Below the pieces are notes generated by a model. The model saw only the letters and a program-made list of their open reading frames with translations, was not told where the DNA came from and did no database searches. A stretch of DNA of 64,000 bases, from the NCBI GenBank assembly GCA_965204735.1, contig OZ242008.1:3776001-3840000 (forward strand), written 5' to 3'. The translations under genes and the position numbers were made by a program. Shown piece after piece: positions 56,520-64,000 of this stretch; the first letter of the stretch is position 1; every line of letters starts with the position of its first letter. This DNA comes from Longimicrobiales bacterium. Its GTDB lineage: Bacteria; Gemmatimonadota; Gemmatimonadetes; Longimicrobiales; Gaopeijiaceae.

Positions 56520-57802
56520 TGCAACTCCTTCGCCGCGCCCTTGGGATCAGAGACCGCCCTGCGGCTGACCGTCTTGCGCCTGCGGTCGATCTCTCGCTCC
56601 ACGTCGGCCCACGTGGCGCCTTCCCGCGCCATCGCCACGGCCAGGAAGTAGACCAGGTCCGCCGCCTCTTCCACGACCCGCTGCCGTCCCCGGGCTTCGC
56701 CCACTTCGCCGGCCTCCTCGATCAGCTTCCCGCGAAGGAAGCGGCCGCCGTCGGCCCCGGTCAGCAGTCGGGTGGTCAGGGAGCCCTCCACCGGAGACGC
56801 GGCCCGCTCGCCGACCAGCTGCTCCAGGGCGCGCAGACCGTCGGCAGGACCGAAGCACGTCCACTCTCCTCGGTGACAGAAGCCGGCCCCCTCCTGGGAC
56901 ACGGTGAAGCGAAGCGCGTCCCGGTCGCAGTCGGCGTCGATCCGCACGAGGGAGTGGACGGCGCCCGACGACTCGCCCTTGCGCCAGAGGCCGCGCTTGC
57001 GGGAGTGGTAGACGCCGCGCCCTTCGGCGATCGCGGTCCGGACGCTCTCGCTGCTGGACCAGACCAAGCCCAGGGCCGCGCCCCGCTCGTCGGCGACGAT
57101 GGTGGGCCAGAGTCCGTCGGCGCGCTCGCTTTGCAGAGGGGCGGTGAAGGCGTCGGCCAACTCCAGCGTCCCCCGGTAGAGAGCCATGCCGACTTGGGCG
57201 TCGGCGCCGGTCCGGTCCAGCCACGCCACGTCGTCGGCGGTCGCGATGCCGCCCGCGATCGTGAGGCGAGCGTCGCCCGAGGCGGCGACAAGCTCCTCGA
57301 CCCGGCGCCGGGGGAAGCCTGCTTCCTTGCCTTCGCCCTCCACGAAGGTGACCAGGAAGCCACCCGCCAGCCCGCGGAGCGTCTCCATCCCCTGGCGGAT
57401 CGTGCGCCCGGTCCGCTCGGTCCACCCCTTCACCACCACCTCGCCCTTCCAGGCGTCCAGCGCCGCCACCACTCGGTCCCGCGGCAGCCCCTTCAGCACC
57501 TCCGGGACGGCCGCCGTGCCCAGCACCACCTTCGCCGCCCCCCGGTCCAGCCACCGCACGGCGTCCTCCCGGCTGCGGACGCCGCCGCCGACTCGGCACG
57601 ACGCGAGCCCGCACAGCTCCTCCACAAGCGCCGCGTTGGACCCGCGCCCCAGCGCCGCGTCCAGGTCGACCACGGCGACTTCGCCCACCCGCCCGAAGCG
57701 TTCGGCAAGCGGGCGCGGGTCGCCCGCGTCCAACGCCTTTCTGCGGCCCTGGACGAGCTGCACGGCCCGGCCGTCCATCAGGTCTATGGAGGGAACGATC
57801 AC
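56516..57802 (-). CDS. hisA-hisIE: HisA-HisI-HisE fusion
   Basis: [15 protein letters not shown] (HisA); SRKRGLWRKGESSG...DCDRD...CH (HisI); KLIEEAGE...EAADL (HisE). Confidence 0.9.
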   Translation of the reverse strand: MIVPSIDLMDGRAVQLVQGRRKALDAGDPRPLAERFGRVGEVAVVDLDAALGRGSNAALVEELCGLASCRVGGGVRSREDAVRWLDRGAAKVVLGTAAVPEVLKGLPRDRVVAALDAWKGEVVVKGWTERTGRTIRQGMETLRGLAGGFLVTFVEGEGKEAGFPRRRVEELVAASGDARLTIAGGIATADDVAWLDRTGADAQVGMALYRGTLELADAFTAPLQSERADGLWPTIVADERGAALGLVWSSSESVRTAIAEGRGVYHSRKRGLWRKGESSGAVHSLVRIDADCDRDALRFTVSQEGAGFCHRGEWTCFGPADGLRALEQLVGERAASPVEGSLTTRLLTGADGGRFLRGKLIEEAGEVGEARGRQRVVEEAADLVYFLAVAMAREGATWADVEREIDRRRKTVSRRAVSDPKGAAKELQ

Positions 57803-58602
57803 GGCGCTTCCCCGCTGCCGCCGGTCCCTTCGCGACGCACCTTCACTCCCATCCCGTGAAGGGCCTCCTTCACGCCCGCTACCGTCCACTGGCCCTGGTG
57901 GAAGATCGACGCGGCAAGCACCGCGTCCGCGCCCGCGCGGGCGGCCTCGGCCATGTGCTGGGGAGAGTCCGCCCCGCCCGACGCGACGATCGGCACGGAC
58001 ACGGCGGCGCGCATCCGCCGGAGCAGCTCCAGGTCGTAGCCGCGCTTGGTGCCGTCCCGGTCCACGCTGGTCAGGAGAACCTCGCCGACGCCCGCCTCCG
58101 CCGCTCGCACGGCCCACGCCACCGCGTCGATTCCCGACCGTTCGGCGCCCGACCGCACCACGACCTCGTAGCCGCTGCCCGCTCCCGCGCCGCCGGTCGC
58201 GGCGGCGTCGATTGCGACCACCACGCACTGGGCGCCGAAGCGGGCGGCCAGCTCGGAGAGGAGCTCGGGCCGCCGGACGGCCGCCGTGTTCGCGGCGACT
58301 TTGTCGGCCCCGGCTTCCAGAAGCAGGCTCGCGTCCTCCACGCGACCCACGCCGCCGCCCACGGTGAGGGGCACCGACAGCGCAGCGCGGACCGCGCGAA
58401 CCGCACCGAGCCGGGTTGCGCGTCCCTCGGGCGTGGCGGAGACGTCCAGGACCACCACCTCGTCGGCGCCCTGCTCCTCGTAGGCCGCGGCGAGGTCGGC
58501 AGGGTCGCCCTGGTCCCGCAGCCCCTGGAAGGACACGCCCTTGACGACGCGCCCGTCCCGCACGTCGAGGCATGGAACGACGCGAACCGGCAGGTCGGTC
58601 AC
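57799..58602 (-). CDS. hisF: imidazole glycerol phosphate synthase cyclase subunit
   Basis: [29 protein letters not shown]. Confidence 0.95.
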   Translation of the reverse strand: MTDLPVRVVPCLDVRDGRVVKGVSFQGLRDQGDPADLAAAYEEQGADEVVVLDVSATPEGRATRLGAVRAVRAALSVPLTVGGGVGRVEDASLLLEAGADKVAANTAAVRRPELLSELAARFGAQCVVVAIDAAATGGAGAGSGYEVVVRSGAERSGIDAVAWAVRAAEAGVGEVLLTSVDRDGTKRGYDLELLRRMRAAVSVPIVASGGADSPQHMAEAARAGADAVLAASIFHQGQWTVAGVKEALHGMGVKVRREGTGGSGEAP

Positions 58603-59264
58603 GCCGCCAGCCACCGCGAGAGGAGCGCGCGGCCGTAAGCCCCCGACAGCTCGGGGTGGAACTGGCACCCCACCACGGCGCCCCGTTCGACCGCGGCCAG
58701 GAACGGCCCGCCGTACTCGGACCAGGCAGGGAGCCAGCCGCCGACGGACGGCTCGGGAGACGGGGCCGCAGGAGCGGAGGGAGCGCAGGCGGCCGCAGCC
58801 TCGGCCCGGGCGCCCGCGGGCAGCCGGTAGGAGTTGGCGAAGTAGGCGAAGCCCTCGGGCACGATCCGGCAACGGTCCGACGGGACCACGCGGTTCCACC
58901 CCATCTGGGGCACCCTCCTGCCGCCCCCGAACTTCGTCGCCACGGCGTTCAGGGCGCCGATTCCGGGCACGCCCGGAGCCTCCTCGCTCCCCCGGGCCAT
59001 GAGCTGCATTCCCAGACAGATGGCCAGCGTCGGGCGGCCTTCGCCGATCCGCTCCCGAAGAGCGTCTGCCAGCCCCTGCGCGGCGATCGCCTCCCTGGCC
59101 GCCGCGAACGCGCCCACGCCTGGAAGCACGAGACGATCGGCTCGGGTCACGGCGTCGCCGTCGGCGACGAACTCCACGAGGCGCCCCAGCCGTCGCAGGG
59201 CCGTCTCGACGGAGGCCAAGTTCGCCGTGCCCGTCCTGACCACGGCGACGACGGACGTCCGCAA
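58599..59264 (-). CDS. hisH: imidazole glycerol phosphate synthase glutaminase subunit
   Basis: LPGVGAF, ICLGMQL, QFHPE. Confidence 0.95.
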   Translation of the reverse strand: MRTSVVAVVRTGTANLASVETALRRLGRLVEFVADGDAVTRADRLVLPGVGAFAAAREAIAAQGLADALRERIGEGRPTLAICLGMQLMARGSEEAPGVPGIGALNAVATKFGGGRRVPQMGWNRVVPSDRCRIVPEGFAYFANSYRLPAGARAEAAAACAPSAPAAPSPEPSVGGWLPAWSEYGGPFLAAVERGAVVGCQFHPELSGAYGRALLSRWLAA

Positions 59265-59267
59265 GAG

Positions 59268-59966
59268 CTAGAGGACTCCCTTGGTGGAGGGCACGCGGCC
59301 CGACGGGGCGGCGGAAGCGGAGGCCGCCTCGGGACCGCCGGAGCACCCTGGGGCGGCGGCCTCGGCTCCCCCACCCGGACCGGCGCCCGCGCCCGAACGC
59401 CCGAAGGCCGACCGGAACGCCAGTGCGCAGGCCTTGAACGCCGCTTCGATCCGGTGGTGGTCGTTGGCGCCCCGAAGCACGTCCACGTGGAGGGTGAGCT
59501 TGGCGGTCTGGGCAAGGGAGCGGAAGAAGTGGGGGACCATCTCGCAGGAGAGGCCGCCCACCCGCTCCCTCGTCAGGCCCAGGTCGCCGGCGAAGAACGG
59601 TCGGCCCGACACGTCGGCGACGGCCCGGGCCAGGGCCTCGTCGAGGGGGGCCCAGGCCGAGCCGAAGCGCGCGATCCCCTTCCGGGCTCCAAGAGCCTGG
59701 TCCACCGCTTGGCCCAGCACGAGTCCCACGTCTTCCACCGTGTGGTGATCGTCCACCTCGAGGTCGCCCGAGCATGTCAGCTCCAACTCCCATCCGGCGT
59801 GGAAGGCCAGGGCGTGCAGCATGTGGTCCAGGAAGCCGATCCCCGTGTCGAGGCGGGCCTCGCCGGACCCGTCCAGCTTCAACTCGGCCTCGATCCGGGT
59901 CTCGCGGGTCTCGCGGGCGACCTTTGCCGTCCTGGGCCCGTCGCCCCTTCGCGTCCGACTACCCAT
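59268..59966 (-). CDS. hisB: imidazoleglycerol-phosphate dehydratase
   Basis: RETRET, FLDHML, DDHHTVED, NDHHRIEA. Confidence 0.95.
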   Translation of the reverse strand: MGSRTRRGDGPRTAKVARETRETRIEAELKLDGSGEARLDTGIGFLDHMLHALAFHAGWELELTCSGDLEVDDHHTVEDVGLVLGQAVDQALGARKGIARFGSAWAPLDEALARAVADVSGRPFFAGDLGLTRERVGGLSCEMVPHFFRSLAQTAKLTLHVDVLRGANDHHRIEAAFKACALAFRSAFGRSGAGAGPGGGAEAAAPGCSGGPEAASASAAPSGRVPSTKGVL

Positions 59967-61704
59967 CAAACAACCCTCCGAAGTTGGGGCCGGCGTCCAC
60001 GATCCGGGCCGCACCGGCGTCGACCAGGGCCTCGCGCATCCGACCCCCGGCGCCCGGCGCCGCGACGCCGACGGGAACCACGCCGGCGGCCAGGGCGGCG
60101 CGAACGTCGTCGGGCGTGTCCCCCAGCAGCCACGCCGAGCCTGCGTCCAGTCGCTCCATGGCGACCCGCACGGGCCCCGGGTCCGGCTTGAGGGGCGCGT
60201 CCTCCCTGCACACGACCGCGCCGAAGAGGTGGGCCACGCCGTGCTCGTCCAGGAACCGCCGGGCGTCGCGGCGGGGACGTCCCGTCACCACGCCCACCTT
60301 GAAGCGTCGGGCCAGCTCGGCCAGGAGCGCCAGGGTTGGGATCAGGGTCTCGTGTCGGCGGAGGCCCGGCTCGTCGTCGGTTCCCTGGTACGCTTCCTCG
60401 AAGCGGGCCGTCGCTTCGGCGAGAGTGGTCGAGACGCCGGCGTCCGCCAGAAGCTGCCGAGTCACCGCCCAGTCGTCGTTGGCGCCGCCCCGAGCCTTGG
60501 CCGCTTCGATCTCTTCCGGGCTCGCGGCGACGCCGAACGAGGCGCACGCCGACGCGATCGCCGCCCGGCAGGAACGGCTCACGTCGGCCAGCACGCCGTC
60601 CATGTCGAAGAGCAGCGCGTCCGGCCTTCCCAGCGCCCGCATCCCGGCTTCCAGGCGACCGAACTCCGACTCGGTGCGGGGAACCGTGATCCGCACGTGG
60701 CCGGCCAGGCCGTCGATGCGCCGCACCAAGATCCCCTGGGCCCGGAGACCCAGGAAGACCCACTGGGCGTCGTCGAAGGCGGCCAGGACGAAGTTCGTGG
60801 ACGACGGCTGGGGGTCGCCGCCGCACTCCCGCACCAGCTCCGCCAAGCGCTCGCGGCCGGCGCGCACCGAGGCCACGAAGCGGCGCATCCGCTCACGTCC
60901 GTTGCGAAGCGCGTCGAGGGCCAGGACCAGCGCAGGACCGCTCAGTGGATAGGGGCCGCCGAAGCCCCGCAGCTCGGCGATTCGGTCCTCCGCGCCCACC
61001 ACGAAGCCGATTCGGAGACCCGCCAGGCTCCAGCACTTGGACATGGTGCGGATCTGGAGGACGTTGGGGCGCTGCAGCAGCGCCGCGCCGTCGGACTCGT
61101 CCCCGAACTCGGCGTAGGCGGCGTCCACCATGAGGGGAACGCCTTCGGGCAAGCCGGCGGCAAGCTCCAGCAGCGCGCTCGCCGGGAACTCCCTGCCTGT
61201 GGGGTTGTCCGGCGACACGACCGCGACCAAGCCCGTGGTCTCGTCGACCGCGTCCAGGATGGCGTGGCGGGGAAGGCGCCCCCACTCGTACTGCAAGGGC
61301 GCGAGCCGCCCTCGGGTCATGCGGGCGTAGGCGGGGATCATGTAGAAGGTGGGGGTCGGGAAGACCATTGTGCGGCCCGGCCCCAGGCAGGCCCGGCACA
61401 CCCTGTCGATCGCGTCGTCGCCGCCGGTCGTGGCCAGGACGCGCTCGGGGCCGATCCCCAGGTAGTCGGCGTACGCTTCCTCCAGCGGCGCCGGGTCCCC
61501 GTACTCTCGGAGGATGCCGGTGCCGGCGCGGCGCAACGTCTCCATGCACTCCTCCGGGGGCAGCCGGCCCTCGTTCATGGAGAGGTCGAGGAGGGGACCC
61601 GGCGGGGCGTCCGGCAGGCCGTGGAGGGCTTTCCGGTAGGGCGCCGGGGCCGAAGAAGCCGTGGCCTGCGAAGCGGCGCCGGTCGACGCGGAGCCGCGGG
61701 TCAT
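59959..61704 (-). CDS. hisC: histidinol-phosphate aminotransferase fused to a HAD phosphatase
   Basis: SPDNPTG, DAAY, RTMSKCWSLAGLRIG; then LFDMDGVL, VTGRP, KP, GDTPDD. Confidence 0.9.
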   Translation of the reverse strand: MTRGSASTGAASQATASSAPAPYRKALHGLPDAPPGPLLDLSMNEGRLPPEECMETLRRAGTGILREYGDPAPLEEAYADYLGIGPERVLATTGGDDAIDRVCRACLGPGRTMVFPTPTFYMIPAYARMTRGRLAPLQYEWGRLPRHAILDAVDETTGLVAVVSPDNPTGREFPASALLELAAGLPEGVPLMVDAAYAEFGDESDGAALLQRPNVLQIRTMSKCWSLAGLRIGFVVGAEDRIAELRGFGGPYPLSGPALVLALDALRNGRERMRRFVASVRAGRERLAELVRECGGDPQPSSTNFVLAAFDDAQWVFLGLRAQGILVRRIDGLAGHVRITVPRTESEFGRLEAGMRALGRPDALLFDMDGVLADVSRSCRAAIASACASFGVAASPEEIEAAKARGGANDDWAVTRQLLADAGVSTTLAEATARFEEAYQGTDDEPGLRRHETLIPTLALLAELARRFKVGVVTGRPRRDARRFLDEHGVAHLFGAVVCREDAPLKPDPGPVRVAMERLDAGSAWLLGDTPDDVRAALAAGVVPVGVAAPGAGGRMREALVDAGAARIVDAGPNFGGLFDG

Positions 61705-62585
61705 CGCACGATCTGCCGGGGCTGGGAGACCACGAGGTCGGTGGCGCCCAGGGCCTTCAGGGCCACAAGCAGCTCGGGCAGCCCGCGGCGGGGGACGGCG
61801 ACCCGAACGGCGTAGCCGTCGCCGCCGTGAAGACGGGAGACGGTCGGTTCCCTAAGGCACGGCAGGGCCGGAACCACGCTGTCGAGGTCGGGGGCCGACA
61901 CGTTGAGCTCCAGCATGACTCGGTTGCGGGCCTCCAGCGCCGACTCGAGCAGCAGCGCCAAGTCCTGAACGGCGCCGTTGCGGGCCGAGCCGCCCGCGGC
62001 GGCGTGGTTTGCGTAGAGCCGGGTGGAGGAACGCATCAGCGTGTCGACGACGACCAATCCGTTCTGCCGCAGGGTGGCGCCGGTGGCCACGTTGTCCACG
62101 ATCAAGTCCGCGTCTTCCGGCGGGAAGGCTTCGGTGGCGCCGTAGGAGCGCACGAAGACGGCGTCGAAGGGCTGGCGGGCGATCCACGCCTCGGTCAGGC
62201 GGGCGTACTCGGAGGCGACCACCAGCGTGCGGTCCGCCGGCAGAGCGCCGTCGGCGAGAAGGGAGGCCGGCGCCGCCGCCACCAAGCGCACGGGGTCGAG
62301 TCCCGTGTCCAGGAGCTCCACCAGGTCGGCGTCGAGCTCGGCCACCCAGTCGGCGCCGGCAAAGCCCACGTCGCGGGAACCGGCGTGGAGCATCTCGACC
62401 ACGTTGCGCGACTTGAGCAGCTTGGCGTCGAAGCCGGGAAGGGAGAGGGACGGCCGGTAGCCGCGCTCGCCCAGCCGGACGTCCACGCCCGCTTGGCTCA
62501 GCAGGTTCAGAACGCCGGCCTGCATCCGGCCCTTGGGCAAGGCGAGGCGGACGGACGCCCGTCGAGGGGCGCTGGTGCGTGTCAC
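61701..62585 (-). CDS. hisG: ATP phosphoribosyltransferase (long form)
   Basis: LALPKGR, SYGATE, DNVATGATL, C-terminal regulatory domain (PTVS). Confidence 0.95.
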   Translation of the reverse strand: MTRTSAPRRASVRLALPKGRMQAGVLNLLSQAGVDVRLGERGYRPSLSLPGFDAKLLKSRNVVEMLHAGSRDVGFAGADWVAELDADLVELLDTGLDPVRLVAAAPASLLADGALPADRTLVVASEYARLTEAWIARQPFDAVFVRSYGATEAFPPEDADLIVDNVATGATLRQNGLVVVDTLMRSSTRLYANHAAAGGSARNGAVQDLALLLESALEARNRVMLELNVSAPDLDSVVPALPCLREPTVSRLHGGDGYAVRVAVPRRGLPELLVALKALGATDLVVSQPRQIVR

Positions 62586-62604
62586 GGCGATTCGGAGCAG
62601 GGCG

Positions 62605-62640
62605 AAAAAACGCCGGCGCCTCGGAGGGAAGCGGCCGGCG
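62605..62640 (-). terminator. terminator/attenuator-like hairpin in the his leader
   Basis: CGCCGGC...GCCGGCG stem followed by T6, 19 nt before the hisG start. Confidence 0.65.
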
Positions 62641-62863
62641 CTCGCAAGTGGAAGGATGTTATGGTCGCCAGTGGGGGCGCGCCCGTCAAGCCAGTGCGCA
62701 CAGGTGCGAGCAAGCCGCACTTCGGCCGCCCGGGGGCTTGTCCCAGCACCCGGTGACTTGTCCCACCGGCGGCGACAACGGTATGGTGCTTCCGTCCTCC
62801 GTACATGGCGCTTCCGCGCTCCGAGTATCGCCGTCCCCTCGACCCCCGGCTTCCCGAACGTCC

Positions 62864-63082
62864 GTGTTCCGCTCCCACTACCTTCCTCGCACTTGGGCCG
62901 GACGGCTCGCCGCCGGGGCCTTCCTGGCGGGCATGGCCCTGGCCCAGCCTCCGATCGTGCACGGATGGGCGAACCGGATCGAGCCCTGGATCCTGGGCAT
63001 GCCCTTCCTCTTCGCGTATCTGCTGGGCGTCTACCTCTTCATGATCGGCGTGCTGGCGTGGACCGCGAGAAGGAGCATCTGA
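62864..63082 (+). CDS. small membrane protein (DUF3311-like SSS partner)
   Basis: NRIEPWILGMPFLFAY; directly upstream of the SSS gene; start uncertain. Confidence 0.8.
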   Translation: MFRSHYLPRTWAGRLAAGAFLAGMALAQPPIVHGWANRIEPWILGMPFLFAYLLGVYLFMIGVLAWTARRSI

Positions 63083-63086
63083 GGCG

Positions 63087-64000
63087 ATGGAGCCGTGGGT
63101 CGTCGCCACCAGCCTGATCTTCGTCTACCTCCTGGCCACGATCGTCATCGGCGTCCTGGCGAACAAGAGGCTGACGGTGAACATGGAGGACTTCCTCCTG
63201 TACGGCCGCCAAGCCGGCTTCCTCGTCCTCTACCTGACGGTGGTCGCCACCTTCCACTCCGCCTTCGCCTTCCTAGGATCCGGCGGGTTCTTCTACACTC
63301 ACGGCATCGGCTTCTGGGCTGCCGGCACGTGGACGGTCCTGGTCGGCGCGATCACCTACACCCTGGGGACGCGCATCTGGGCCTTGGGAAAGAAGTTCGG
63401 CTACATCACCCCCGCCGACATGCTGGCCGACTTCTACGAGAGCGAGACGGTGCGAATCGTCGCAGCCGCCGTGTCGGTGCTCTTCACGATCTTGTACATA
63501 CAGGTGCAGGCGGCCGGACTGGGCTACATCCTCTCGGTGGCGACGGGCGACCGCATCCCCTTCGGCCTGGCCACGGCGATCCTGCTGGTCGTGGCCGCGG
63601 CGTACCTGATGGCCGGGGGGCTGCGCGCCGTCTACTGGACCGACGTGATCCAGGGCGTGTGGATGTATGTGGCTGTTTGGGCCGGCGCCCTCGTGCTGGT
63701 GCACAAGCTCTTCGGAGGACCGGTCGAGCTGTGGCGACGCCTCGCTGCCGAGCGGCCGGACTTGCTCTCGCTGCCCGGACCCGAAGGCTTCTTCACGCCC
63801 GGCATGTGGTTCGGAATGACGATCGCGCTCTCCTTCGGGATCATCCTTCAGCCGCACATGATGCTCCGCTACTACACGGCCGCGTCGGCCAGGACGTTGA
63901 AGCTGCTGGGCGCGACGACGCCGCTCTACCTCTTCACCTTGTTCATTCCGGTCGCGATGGTCGGACTCGGCGGCGCCCTGGTGCTGCCCGAGCTTGCGCA
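63087..64000 (+). CDS. sodium:solute symporter family protein (partial)
   Basis: Manual translation MEPWVVATSLIFVYLL...EDFLLYGR...SAFAFLG...GGLRAVYWTDVIQG; open to the window end. Confidence 0.9.
   Translation, partial: MEPWVVATSLIFVYLLATIVIGVLANKRLTVNMEDFLLYGRQAGFLVLYLTVVATFHSAFAFLGSGGFFYTHGIGFWAAGTWTVLVGAITYTLGTRIWALGKKFGYITPADMLADFYESETVRIVAAAVSVLFTILYIQVQAAGLGYILSVATGDRIPFGLATAILLVVAAAYLMAGGLRAVYWTDVIQGVWMYVAVWAGALVLVHKLFGGPVELWRRLAAERPDLLSLPGPEGFFTPGMWFGMTIALSFGIILQPHMMLRYYTAASARTLKLLGATTPLYLFTLFIPVAMVGLGGALVLPELA

Overview
High-GC bacterial chromosomal segment. The gene content suggests Gemmatimonadota, possibly a sponge-symbiont type (inference only): many lipoproteins, a 6-bladed beta-propeller, choice-of-anchor B proteins and a DUF1592 cytochrome. 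Housekeeping and metabolic blocks: two PLP enzymes, pdxH, a TIGR01777 epimerase, a feoA-feoB-ABC operon with a Fur-box-like site, a cold-shock protein, a TonB receptor/lipoprotein/PhoB-like cluster with a Pho-box-like promoter, a complete his operon with two gene fusions, and a partial SSS transporter. An accessory island at about 10-23 kb carries a low-GC Type II R-M pair, a degenerate IS21 plus a second remnant, an ECF-sigma/AraC/zinc-protease/lipoprotein cassette and a Type IIG-like MTase. An intact IS1202-family element (51119-52978) has a 17-bp target duplication and a heavily self-complementary non-coding 3' region. The best leads are that putative IS-encoded structured RNA (which also contains both halves of the target site) and a secreted 10-Cys-tail protein paired with a beta-propeller. 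No rRNA, tRNA or CRISPR array was seen. Start codons were chosen by eye, and family calls come from motif recognition, not database searches.
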